Assembly (NCBI GenBank): GCA_016936695.1
Contig: JAFGXK010000248.1
Coordinates: 1-40,908, forward strand
DNA from: Bacteroidales bacterium
Lineage (GTDB): Bacteria > Bacteroidota > Bacteroidia > Bacteroidales > VadinHA17
Reading direction: 5' to 3'
Length of the DNA stretch: 40,908 nucleotides
Shown here: piece after piece, positions 15,967 through 23,839 of the stretch
Numbering within the stretch: position 1 is the stretch's first letter
Layout of the letters: every line of letters begins with the position of its first letter
Notes under the pieces: generated by a model
The model's database searches: none
The model's input: the letters and a program-made list of their open reading frames with translations, nothing else
What the model was told of the DNA's origin: nothing
Position numbers and translations under genes: made by a program

Positions 15967-18381
15967 TTAAAGTGATTGTTCGGTTCGTGCAATTATATCA
16001 TCCTGGGTGTCGGGTGAAAGGGTGGTGAAAAAAGCTGAGTAACCTGCCACACGAACAACCAGGTCCCGGTGATTCTCAGGATTCTTTTTTGCGTCGAGCA
16101 GGGTTGCCCTCGATACGATATTGTACTGGACATGCCAGCCTTTGAGGGTTGCAAAGAAGGTTCTCAGAATCGAAATGAGTTTTTGTTTTTGTGTCTCATT
16201 TGAAAGCGAGGAGGGTGACAGTTTCTGATTGAGCAGAACACCACCGAGTATTTTCTCCGTAGGTAGTTTCGAGACTGACTTGAAAACTGCAGTAGGGCCG
16301 AGGCTGTCGGTGCCCGATGTGGGAGAACAGCCTTCGGCAACCGGGGTGAAGGCCTTTCTTCCGTCAGGCGTTGCCGGGACAACCGACCCGGAAGGGACAT
16401 TTGCTGAGATGCTTGATGTACCTGCATAATAGCCGCAGCCTGCCGGACCTCTGCCAAAACGGGTGGTGTGGTATTTTTCCAGCTCTTCAATGTAGCACAT
16501 ATAGGCCTCTGCGAGCAGGTTGTCGACATAATCGTCGTCGTTGCCGTACTTTGGAGCGAAATTCAGCAGCGTCTGCCTTATCCTCTCGCCATCGTGCCCT
16601 TCAAAGTCGTTCCGTATATAATTCATCAGATCCGCCTTGCTGATCCTGTTCTCCTCAAAGACAAGCTTTTTGATTGCGGCCATCGAATTGCCAAGATTTG
16701 CTATTCCGACCTGGAGGCCTGATATGAAATCGTAAACCGAGCCTCCCTCCTTGATAGTCTTTCCCCGGGTAATGCAGTCGTCGACAAAGGCGGAGCAAAG
16801 GATATCGGGAACAAGTTCCTCAAGAGCCAGATCGGCGGCTGTGTCGATTTCCACCGAAGCTTTTGTATAAAGGCTCACCTGCTGTTTCCAGGCCGACATC
16901 AGGTCGCTGAAGTTCGTGAAATCCTCAAACTGCCCTGTGCCGGGGAAGAAGGTCTTGCCCGACATGGTGTCGAGACCATTGTTCATCGCCGCCAGGAAAA
17001 CACGCATGAAGTTCAGGAAACTCATACCGGTGCACCTGTAACCCCATTTACCGGGAACGGCGATTTCAATACAGCCGATCGCAGAATAGTTGTATGCATC
17101 CTCCTTCGCCACTCCGAGACCTATAAGTGAAGGGATCACAATTTCGTCGTTATTGAAGGCAGGCATGCCGAATCCCTTTCCTATAACGTCGATACAGCGA
17201 CTAAGAAATTCTGGGTTGATATTTTTATGGAACCTGACCGACAGATTGGGCTGGGTGAGTTTCATCCGGCCAACAGAATCAAGTATCAGGAAGCTGAGCT
17301 CATTTACGGCATCGTGTCCGTCAGTCGTCTGGCCGCCTATTGTCACGTTCTGGTACAGGGGCCCACCAGCTGAGAACCGGGTGTGAGACCACGATCTTAT
17401 CTTGTTGACCGACAGAAGTTTCAGCCAGGTGTTCTCAAAAAGTTCAAGGGCAAAATCAGAGGTAATCCTGCCTGCTGCCTTATCTTCCTCGTAAAACTTC
17501 AGCAGGTACTGGTCCATCCTTCCAAGCGAAACCGAATGTCCGTTGCTTTCGATCTGCAGGACAAGCTGAACAAACCAGGTAAGCTGAAGAGCTTCATAAA
17601 AACCTGAAGGGGGATTGTTTTTTATGTTCCTGCAGAAAGCGCTGATCTTCATAAGTTCTGATTTTCTGTCAGGGCTGGTGGCATGAATGGAGAGGTCCGA
17701 TGCAAGCCGTTCGTATCTTTGAATGAAAGACTGGAAGGACCTTATTCCCGTAGTCAGGGCACTGTAGAAATTCCTCTTTCTGATATATTCTTCGTCTGCT
17801 TCCGAAAGCTTCGATTCAGCCTTTACGATCTCTTCAAGGTATCCTTTCAGTCCGATTGCAAGAATTTTCTCAAGATTAACTGCAATATGTGCATCTCCCG
17901 AGGTCAGGTTTCCTTCAGCCCTGATGATTCCCGCATCATGTATTTCCCTGTTAAGCGGCGACATAAGGGAATATCCCTTTTCAATAAGTGTTTTTCCTTC
18001 CCAGTAAAGGCAGAGCTCACGCAATTCTTTCTTCTGTTCCTCAGAGACAAAAAAGGAATCACCCGGTCGTTTGTCAAATTCATCCAGTTCCTTTATGATC
18101 CATGCAGTGACGTATTCGGGGAAAATGGGAGCGGCCCTTAAAGCTGATGACTGGTTCCCAACAATAAGTTCGCCATCGTCGATGAAGATGGTCATCTCTT
18201 TCAGGGTTCTCTCCAGCGCATATGCCCGTTTCAGGATAACCGGTGTATCTTCATGTTCTCTGTATACTTCCGTATATATCCTGGCGCGTTCGGTGCAGAT
18301 AGTCGATCCGGACGAAAGAATCTTTTCTTTCAGTCCCGCAATCCTCCGGGTAATAATGGGCGATTCGGCAATTATTGTCAT
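15967..18381 (-). CDS. Glycyl radical enzyme, PFL2/'eliminase' class, substrate unknown
   Basis: 804 aa. The C-terminal glycyl-radical loop reads LVVRVAGYSAFFTTLSPDTQDDIIARTEQSL. The thiyl loop YSAIGCIEIAVPG has Cys-x-Glu rather than the Cys-Cys of PFL. The N-terminus is typical of PFL2 proteins (ICTERARIYTEVYREHEDTPVILKRAYALE). Confidence 0.9.
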   Translation of the reverse strand: MTIIAESPIITRRIAGLKEKILSSGSTICTERARIYTEVYREHEDTPVILKRAYALERTLKEMTIFIDDGELIVGNQSSALRAAPIFPEYVTAWIIKELDEFDKRPGDSFFVSEEQKKELRELCLYWEGKTLIEKGYSLMSPLNREIHDAGIIRAEGNLTSGDAHIAVNLEKILAIGLKGYLEEIVKAESKLSEADEEYIRKRNFYSALTTGIRSFQSFIQRYERLASDLSIHATSPDRKSELMKISAFCRNIKNNPPSGFYEALQLTWFVQLVLQIESNGHSVSLGRMDQYLLKFYEEDKAAGRITSDFALELFENTWLKLLSVNKIRSWSHTRFSAGGPLYQNVTIGGQTTDGHDAVNELSFLILDSVGRMKLTQPNLSVRFHKNINPEFLSRCIDVIGKGFGMPAFNNDEIVIPSLIGLGVAKEDAYNYSAIGCIEIAVPGKWGYRCTGMSFLNFMRVFLAAMNNGLDTMSGKTFFPGTGQFEDFTNFSDLMSAWKQQVSLYTKASVEIDTAADLALEELVPDILCSAFVDDCITRGKTIKEGGSVYDFISGLQVGIANLGNSMAAIKKLVFEENRISKADLMNYIRNDFEGHDGERIRQTLLNFAPKYGNDDDYVDNLLAEAYMCYIEELEKYHTTRFGRGPAGCGYYAGTSSISANVPSGSVVPATPDGRKAFTPVAEGCSPTSGTDSLGPTAVFKSVSKLPTEKILGGVLLNQKLSPSSLSNETQKQKLISILRTFFATLKGWHVQYNIVSRATLLDAKKNPENHRDLVVRVAGYSAFFTTLSPDTQDDIIARTEQSL

Positions 18382-18382
18382 T

Positions 18383-19279
18383 TCAATTCATTATTTTGGC
18401 TGTCAGACCTTTGTGTTCAGCATATTCAACACAGGGTGCAATTTCGGATTTCTCAACATTCCGTGCATTACCAAAAACATAGTCTTTCCCGAGAAACAGG
18501 TATTTTTCCTTTGCAAGCGAATGGAAGGGGATGAAATGGATCTCACTTGAATTATTAAGGTCAGATGCAAAATCAATAATGGAACGGATCTCGGGTTCGG
18601 AGAAATTGAAATCAGGAACGACGGGCACCCTGATCACGAATTGCGCTCCGCTGGCATCAAGCTTTCTGAAGTTTTCCATTACCAGTCCTGCATTGCCTCC
18701 GGTAAAGAAGGAAAACTTTTCAGGATCGGTGTGTTTCAGGTCGGCAAGAAAGACATCCACCAGTCCAAGGCATTTTTCGATGTTTTCCCATGGCACATGA
18801 AGAGATGTCTCGGCCGATATATGGATATCCTTTTTTTTCAGTTCTGCAAGCAATTCAATCAGTTCGCCGTCCTGGGCAAAAGGTTCGCCGCCTGAAAGGG
18901 TGACTCCGCCACCGCTCATTTCGTAGAACGGAATGTCCTTTTCAATTTCGCTCATTATACTGTTGATGCTCATGTTCTCACCTGTAATAGTCAGGGCTCT
19001 CGACGGACAAATATCCCTTAGCGCATCAAAGCATGTGATGTTTTCCCTGTCAATCACCAGACCGTCTCCCTCCGGCCTTATGCTGCCGCCGCTGTTCTTT
19101 ATGCAATCTCCGAACTTATGGCAAAGCCTGCTGTCAAACATTATTGAAGGGAAGGGATCAATGCTTTCGGGATTGTTGCACCACAAACACCTGAGCGGGC
19201 ACCCCTTGAAGAAAATGTTGGTCCGGACCCCAAGGCCATCGTGCAGGCAGAATCGTTGTATGTTAAAAACAGTCAGCAA
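18383..19279 (-). CDS. Glycyl-radical enzyme activating protein (radical SAM)
   Basis: 298 aa. The N-terminus is VFNIQRFCLHDGLGVRTNIFFKGCPLRCLWCNNPE (CxxxCxxC). A SAM-binding GGVTLSGGEP motif is present. The ferredoxin-like insert has only four Cys. The start appears to be the TTG at 19279, because there is no in-frame ATG upstream of the conserved N-terminus. Its stop is 1 nt from the GRE start. Confidence 0.9.
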   Translation of the reverse strand: MLTVFNIQRFCLHDGLGVRTNIFFKGCPLRCLWCNNPESIDPFPSIMFDSRLCHKFGDCIKNSGGSIRPEGDGLVIDRENITCFDALRDICPSRALTITGENMSINSIMSEIEKDIPFYEMSGGGVTLSGGEPFAQDGELIELLAELKKKDIHISAETSLHVPWENIEKCLGLVDVFLADLKHTDPEKFSFFTGGNAGLVMENFRKLDASGAQFVIRVPVVPDFNFSEPEIRSIIDFASDLNNSSEIHFIPFHSLAKEKYLFLGKDYVFGNARNVEKSEIAPCVEYAEHKGLTAKIMN

Positions 19280-19442
19280 AATGGGAATGATTAACCTGTC
19301 AGTATTTAAAGGGTAAAAGATACTTAAAAATTCAAATAATAAATTATCATCCGGGTGTTTCAGACAATGGTTAAAGATAAATATTTAGATAAAATAAAAG
19401 ATTTAGTTTATTTTGCCGTTATATAGACACGGATTTTTTGGC

Positions 19443-20579
19443 ATGGATATTACAAATACGATTCACGATAAAATCAGGCGGGAGCACCTTTTGTTTGTTT
19501 TCAGGGGGGAGATAACGGAGAAGAATTCCCTTCCTTTGCTTACCCTGCTTGAAAATGAAATGAAGGAGGACTCTTACGACCTTTCGGGGCGAAAGAGACT
19601 CTTCATGTATGTTCTCGAAAGTCTTCAGAATATTGTAAAGCATGGCGATCAAAAAGGCCATGCCGTTATGCCGCTTGTTTCTTATTCAAAAACTGATGAC
19701 GGTTACACGATAACAACAGGGAACGTGATCACGGAAGAACAATCCGGCTTACTCAGGGACAAGCTTGAAAAGGTCAATTCACTTGATGCCATTGATATCA
19801 AGGCTCTTTACAGGCAGATACTTGAAACAACCGGATTCAGTGAAAAAGGGGGAGCAGGTCTCGGTCTGCTGGAGATGGCCCTGAAAACAGGAAACAGGCT
19901 GGATTTTGATTTCATTCCGATAGGAGGAGGATTGTCTTATTTCGTTCTGAGCAAGACAGTCGATTCTTCGGGACTTGGCAGGACCAACGGCAGCGCCCGG
20001 GAAAAATTTGACGGCAGTCCGGTGCTGGAGTTTGAACGACTTCTGGCCCGGAACAATGTTCACATGACCTGGTCGGGTCATATAACATCCGGGATTGGGG
20101 ATGATGTACTGTCAATCACCGAGGCCAGACTTTCGGATGAGGATGTGGATGCACGAATCAGGAGAAAGGTATTTAATATTATGGTGGAGATCCTTGAAAA
20201 TGTTTCAAGATACAACCCGGGCAAAGAAGCTGAGGAGAAATATGGATTACCTCTTGCAATGGTACGATTCGAGAGTGGCAGGTTTGTCCTGACTACAGGA
20301 AATCTGATATCAGGATTGATGATCGGAGAACTTAAGCAAAAATTAGACAACATAAACAGTTTCAGCCAGGGCGAACTCAAGACCTTGTTTTTCGCATCAT
20401 TATCGGCCCAGTCGATAGAAACCGACAGTACCGGAAATATGGGACTGATTTCCATGGCAAGGAAATCGGGGGGCAAGCTGGAATACCAGTTTAAAAAGGT
20501 AAATGAGGAGTACTCTTATTTCATGCTCACGGTAAGAGTTGAGAATACAAGCGGATCACCTGAAGCTCTTCAGATATAG
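19443..20579 (+). CDS. Tandem-duplicated SiaB-like (DUF6272 / GHKL anti-sigma-kinase-like) protein
   Basis: The ORF-track start at 19413 is a TTG, and the ATG at 19443 (MDITNTIHDK) is preferred. The two halves align to each other. Examples are LLFVFRGEIT/VHMTWSGHIT, RKRLFMYVLESLQNIVKHG/RRKVFNIMVEILENVSRYN, YTITTGNVI/FVLTTGNLI and GGAGLGLLEMALKTGNRLDFDF/STGNMGLISMARKSGGKLEYQF. The family assignment is from memory of SiaB-type sequences. Confidence 0.55.
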   Translation: MDITNTIHDKIRREHLLFVFRGEITEKNSLPLLTLLENEMKEDSYDLSGRKRLFMYVLESLQNIVKHGDQKGHAVMPLVSYSKTDDGYTITTGNVITEEQSGLLRDKLEKVNSLDAIDIKALYRQILETTGFSEKGGAGLGLLEMALKTGNRLDFDFIPIGGGLSYFVLSKTVDSSGLGRTNGSAREKFDGSPVLEFERLLARNNVHMTWSGHITSGIGDDVLSITEARLSDEDVDARIRRKVFNIMVEILENVSRYNPGKEAEEKYGLPLAMVRFESGRFVLTTGNLISGLMIGELKQKLDNINSFSQGELKTLFFASLSAQSIETDSTGNMGLISMARKSGGKLEYQFKKVNEEYSYFMLTVRVENTSGSPEALQI

Positions 20580-21302
20580 GCCATTGCCGTCCCATTCGGC
20601 ATAGCTTCCATCGCTGAACCAGTCGCCAAGGAAGATTATCCTGCCATTACTGCCGTTATTGAATGTCATAGGCAGGTGACGGTGACCGAAAATGAAATAA
20701 TCTATATTGTCTTTTTTCATTACCGACCGTGAATACCTGATAAGGTCTTCTCTGTCTTCACCCATGAAATCCTGTGTTATTCCCTTTGCAAACCGCGAAT
20801 GTTGCGACCAGTTCTGGCCTATACCGATTCCGATCCTGGGGTGGAGCATTGAATAAAGAACACGTAAGGATTTGTTTCTGAAGATCCAGAGAAGAATCCT
20901 GTATCCGGTGCTTTTGCTTCCAAGTCCTTCTCCATGGGCAATATGGAACTTTTTTCCATCAATGTTGCAGGTATAGGGGGATGTATGAACAATCATCCCG
21001 CATTCGGCCGACAGGTAGTCTCTGACCCACATGTCGTGGTTTCCCGTGAAAAAGTGGACCGGTATACCTGAATCTGTAATCGAGGATACGGTTCCCAGGA
21101 ACCTTGTGAATCCGCGGGGGACAACCAGCTTGTATTCCCACCAGAAATCAAAGATGTCACCCACCAGGTAAATCTCCCTTGCTTCAGGTGCGACGGTGGT
21201 GAGCCACCGGACAACCATCTTTTCCCTCACGGCAGGATCCTTTCCCGCCTTCAGCCCGAGATGAAAATCGGAAGCAAAGAATATTTTTCCTGTTTCTTTC
21301 AA
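20556..21302 (-). CDS. lpxH: UDP-2,3-diacylglucosamine diphosphatase
   Basis: 248 aa with calcineurin-like metallophosphoesterase motifs in the LpxH arrangement (FFASDFHLG ... YLVGDIFDFWWEY ... FTGNHDMW ... FGHRH). The start is the TTG at 21302, overlapping the upstream stop as ATTGA. The 3' end overlaps the convergent SiaB-like gene by 24 bp. Confidence 0.85.
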   Translation of the reverse strand: MKETGKIFFASDFHLGLKAGKDPAVREKMVVRWLTTVAPEAREIYLVGDIFDFWWEYKLVVPRGFTRFLGTVSSITDSGIPVHFFTGNHDMWVRDYLSAECGMIVHTSPYTCNIDGKKFHIAHGEGLGSKSTGYRILLWIFRNKSLRVLYSMLHPRIGIGIGQNWSQHSRFAKGITQDFMGEDREDLIRYSRSVMKKDNIDYFIFGHRHLPMTFNNGSNGRIIFLGDWFSDGSYAEWDGNGLYLKSFR

Positions 21303-22477
21303 TTACCGGCCGGATTGTTAAACAACTGGTTAAGTTTTATCTGAAGGGATCTTCCGTGGAGATTGGTACCAATAATTGTACCGTCACGGTCGAACAGGTA
21401 GTTGGCCGGCAGTGTCTGGACGTTGAATAAGCGAACGTTTTCCAGGACGTTCGGATCATCTTCCCTTGTGCTTATCCAGGGCAGTTCATCGAAGCGGACA
21501 GCCTGCTTCCATTTGTCTTCATCCTCGTCGATGTTGATCTGATAAATCTCGAATCCCTTGTTCTTATATATTTTGTAGAATTCTTTAAGCTGGATGTTCT
21601 CCGCGAGCGATTCCCTTGAATTGACTGACCAGAAGGTGAGCAGCACTACTTTTCCCCTGAGCGACGACAAAGCTATCCTTTTACCATTGACATCCAGGAG
21701 ATTCGGGTCGAGTTTGATCTCGGGCGAAGTGCTGGCAATACTCTGAATATGCCTTGCAACCAACTGATTCATTTCTTTTTTCACATCCTCGGCAAGAGCC
21801 CTGACATTCTTCGATTCAGGATAATGACGGCCGAGGGAATCGGAGACTATTTTCAGGTACTGGAGGTCGCGGGGATCGTAAAGAACATAAGTGTTTTCGT
21901 CAATCCTCTGGTAAACGGCTTTCAGGGAAGCCATGGATGAGGGATAAGTGACAATGTATTCAATGTTCTTCTTCCGGAGATCCTTCAATATTGCAGTGAA
22001 TTCTTCCTCCAGCCGGCTTCTTTCGGGATCGGAGTCCGCATTCGCCGGAAAATTGTCGTATATGACCCTGAGGGAATCGAGCTTTCTTTTTCCTGCAGCG
22101 AGCCTGAGGTCGAGTATCCTCACATCTTCCGATCCTTTTGATCCCGAAACCTCATAATCGCCCGACGTATTTTTTCCGTTAAAGGTGAGACTTATTTTTT
22201 CACCGGGACCTGCAAGGAGTGTGATGAAATCCGTATCGGAATAGCCGATCTGGTAAAAATCGGTTGCTTCTGTCTTAACCCTTAATTTGAAACTGCCCTT
22301 GCCGTTCAGTCTGGCCGAATCAACAAAAATCAGCCTGTCGACTTCAAACTTGTTGAGCACGACGCTATTCTTCTGCGGGTCGCTTATATGTCCGGAGACA
22401 GTGAAGGAATCCTTGCTGCGACATCCGGAAAGGATAAGTGCAGGGATAATTATTACCAATATCTTTTTCATCATCAA
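21299..22477 (-). CDS. TlpA/thioredoxin-fold lipoprotein with a DUF4369-like N-domain; CXXC motif absent
   Basis: 392 aa with the lipobox ALILSGC. The architecture matches the upstream paralog, but the active-site position reads FWSVNSRES (21617-21634) instead of W-C-x-x-C. Confidence 0.7.
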   Translation of the reverse strand: MMMKKILVIIIPALILSGCRSKDSFTVSGHISDPQKNSVVLNKFEVDRLIFVDSARLNGKGSFKLRVKTEATDFYQIGYSDTDFITLLAGPGEKISLTFNGKNTSGDYEVSGSKGSEDVRILDLRLAAGKRKLDSLRVIYDNFPANADSDPERSRLEEEFTAILKDLRKKNIEYIVTYPSSMASLKAVYQRIDENTYVLYDPRDLQYLKIVSDSLGRHYPESKNVRALAEDVKKEMNQLVARHIQSIASTSPEIKLDPNLLDVNGKRIALSSLRGKVVLLTFWSVNSRESLAENIQLKEFYKIYKNKGFEIYQINIDEDEDKWKQAVRFDELPWISTREDDPNVLENVRLFNVQTLPANYLFDRDGTIIGTNLHGRSLQIKLNQLFNNPAGN

Positions 22478-22510
22478 ACAAAATTTCCGTTCAGGTGCAG
22501 TGGTATAAGG

Positions 22511-23674
22511 TTATTTGAACAGTTCAGCGAGTTTTCTCTGCAAAGCATCTCCCCTCAGGTTGGTGTCGATTATCCGGCCATCTTTGTCGAGGAGGTAGTT
22601 AGCCGGAATGGATTCGATTTTGTAAAGCGGAATCACAGAAGAATTCCAGTATCCAAGATCGCTCACATGGATCCACCTGCCCAGTCCGTCATCCTCGATT
22701 CCCTTCACCCAGGCCTCGCGTGTTTTGTCGAGAGAAACCTGAAAAATCTGAAATCCTCTGCCATGGTATTGATTCCAGGCATTGACGAGGTTGGGATTTT
22801 CCGCCCTGCATGGAGGGCACCAGGCAGCCCAGAAGTCAAGAAGGACATAACTGCCTTTTGTGGATGAGAGTTTTATCGTGTCCCCTTTAGGGCTGGGAAG
22901 AGCTATTTCAGGTGCTTCCATTTTTTCATCGCCTGAGGCATTTGACGTATTGGCTGTCTCGAACCAGGTAACCATTTCTTCTATCTGGTTGTGAAGATCA
23001 ATCACAGGGCCGTACTCAGGATACTTGCCGTACAATGATGAATCGACCTTCAGGAACCAGGCAAGGTCTTTCTGCGGATCGAGGACATAAAGCTCCGGTG
23101 TCAGCATTGAGTACAGAACCGGGATTGTGGCAAGGGATGAAACATTCTCTTCGATGAATTTTTTGGCGTAGCTGTTAATTTCATTCAGGTAACCGTCGCC
23201 CAGCCTGTCGAGCGAATCAATAAAAGTCGCCATGTCAGCCCTGCCTGAATTAGTGTCGAAAAGATCGTTCAGACCCCTGATATTGTTTCTTGTCCTTAGA
23301 AGTTCCTTGTTGAAGCCGGCTATCAGTTCCGTGCCTGATGACCCGGTTACAACGACAGGATAATTGAGCGAATCATAGTGAGAAGTCATTTTTATTTTCT
23401 CTCCGGGCTCAACAAGCATTGTCAGAAAGTTATTTTGATTAATTTTGAGCAGATAAAAAGACGGGAATTTAACCTTCCTTTTGAACTCGAACCTACCATC
23501 ATCCGAAACTATGGCGGAATCAACATTTAGAAGCTCGTTTGGTTTAAGCTCCTGCAGGAATACATATTGCCCCGGTAAAGGTTGTTCCAATATTCCGGAG
23601 ATTTCGACATTGTTCTTTTGGCAGCCCGCAAGCATGAGGGCGGTCGACAGGAAGAAAGCCAGTTTTCTGTTCAT
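22511..23674 (-). CDS. TlpA-family thiol:disulfide oxidoreductase lipoprotein with a DUF4369-like N-domain
   Basis: The start is moved to the ATG at 23674 (MNRKLAFFLSTALMLAGCQ, a lipoprotein signal). A -7 box at 23717-23724 lies inside the longer ORF. The redox motif FWAAWCPPCRAENP is intact. Confidence 0.8.
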   Translation of the reverse strand: MNRKLAFFLSTALMLAGCQKNNVEISGILEQPLPGQYVFLQELKPNELLNVDSAIVSDDGRFEFKRKVKFPSFYLLKINQNNFLTMLVEPGEKIKMTSHYDSLNYPVVVTGSSGTELIAGFNKELLRTRNNIRGLNDLFDTNSGRADMATFIDSLDRLGDGYLNEINSYAKKFIEENVSSLATIPVLYSMLTPELYVLDPQKDLAWFLKVDSSLYGKYPEYGPVIDLHNQIEEMVTWFETANTSNASGDEKMEAPEIALPSPKGDTIKLSSTKGSYVLLDFWAAWCPPCRAENPNLVNAWNQYHGRGFQIFQVSLDKTREAWVKGIEDDGLGRWIHVSDLGYWNSSVIPLYKIESIPANYLLDKDGRIIDTNLRGDALQRKLAELFK

Positions 23675-23716
23675 GCAGAGAAGGTTGTTTGTTAATTGGT
23701 TCGTTTTATTGAGATG

Positions 23717-23724
23717 CAAAGTTA
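23717..23724 (-). promoter_or_regulatory. Bacteroidota-type -7 promoter box (TAACTTTG on the minus strand) for the tlpA-tlpA'-lpxH operon
   Basis: Exact TAnnTTTG match, 43 nt upstream of the ATG at 23674. Confidence 0.45.
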
Positions 23725-23839
23725 TTCTTTTTTTTTTCAGGCAGAGCCGTAAGCTTATTTTATACCCTTGCCTTTGCTTGGTTCAATAAAATGAAGTATC
23801 TTAAAAGACTTTTTAGTGATAGATTAAAAAGATTTGTTT

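Noticed and set aside
15963-15992. Longer ROK kinase start (TTG at 15992), overlapping the GRE 3' end by 26 nt
   Set aside because: The ATG at 15962 yields the canonical ROK N-terminus (M-x-K-I-L-C-G-V-D-L-G-G-T) and a 4-nt intergenic gap. The extension (MHEPNNHFNN) is non-conserved-looking and overlaps the GRE glycyl-loop tail.
17683-18550. Two overlapping plus-strand ORFs (152 and 159 aa) opposite the GRE/activase junction
   Set aside because: These are shadow ORFs opposite well-supported genes, with no motifs. Their existence would require dense three-way coding overlap.
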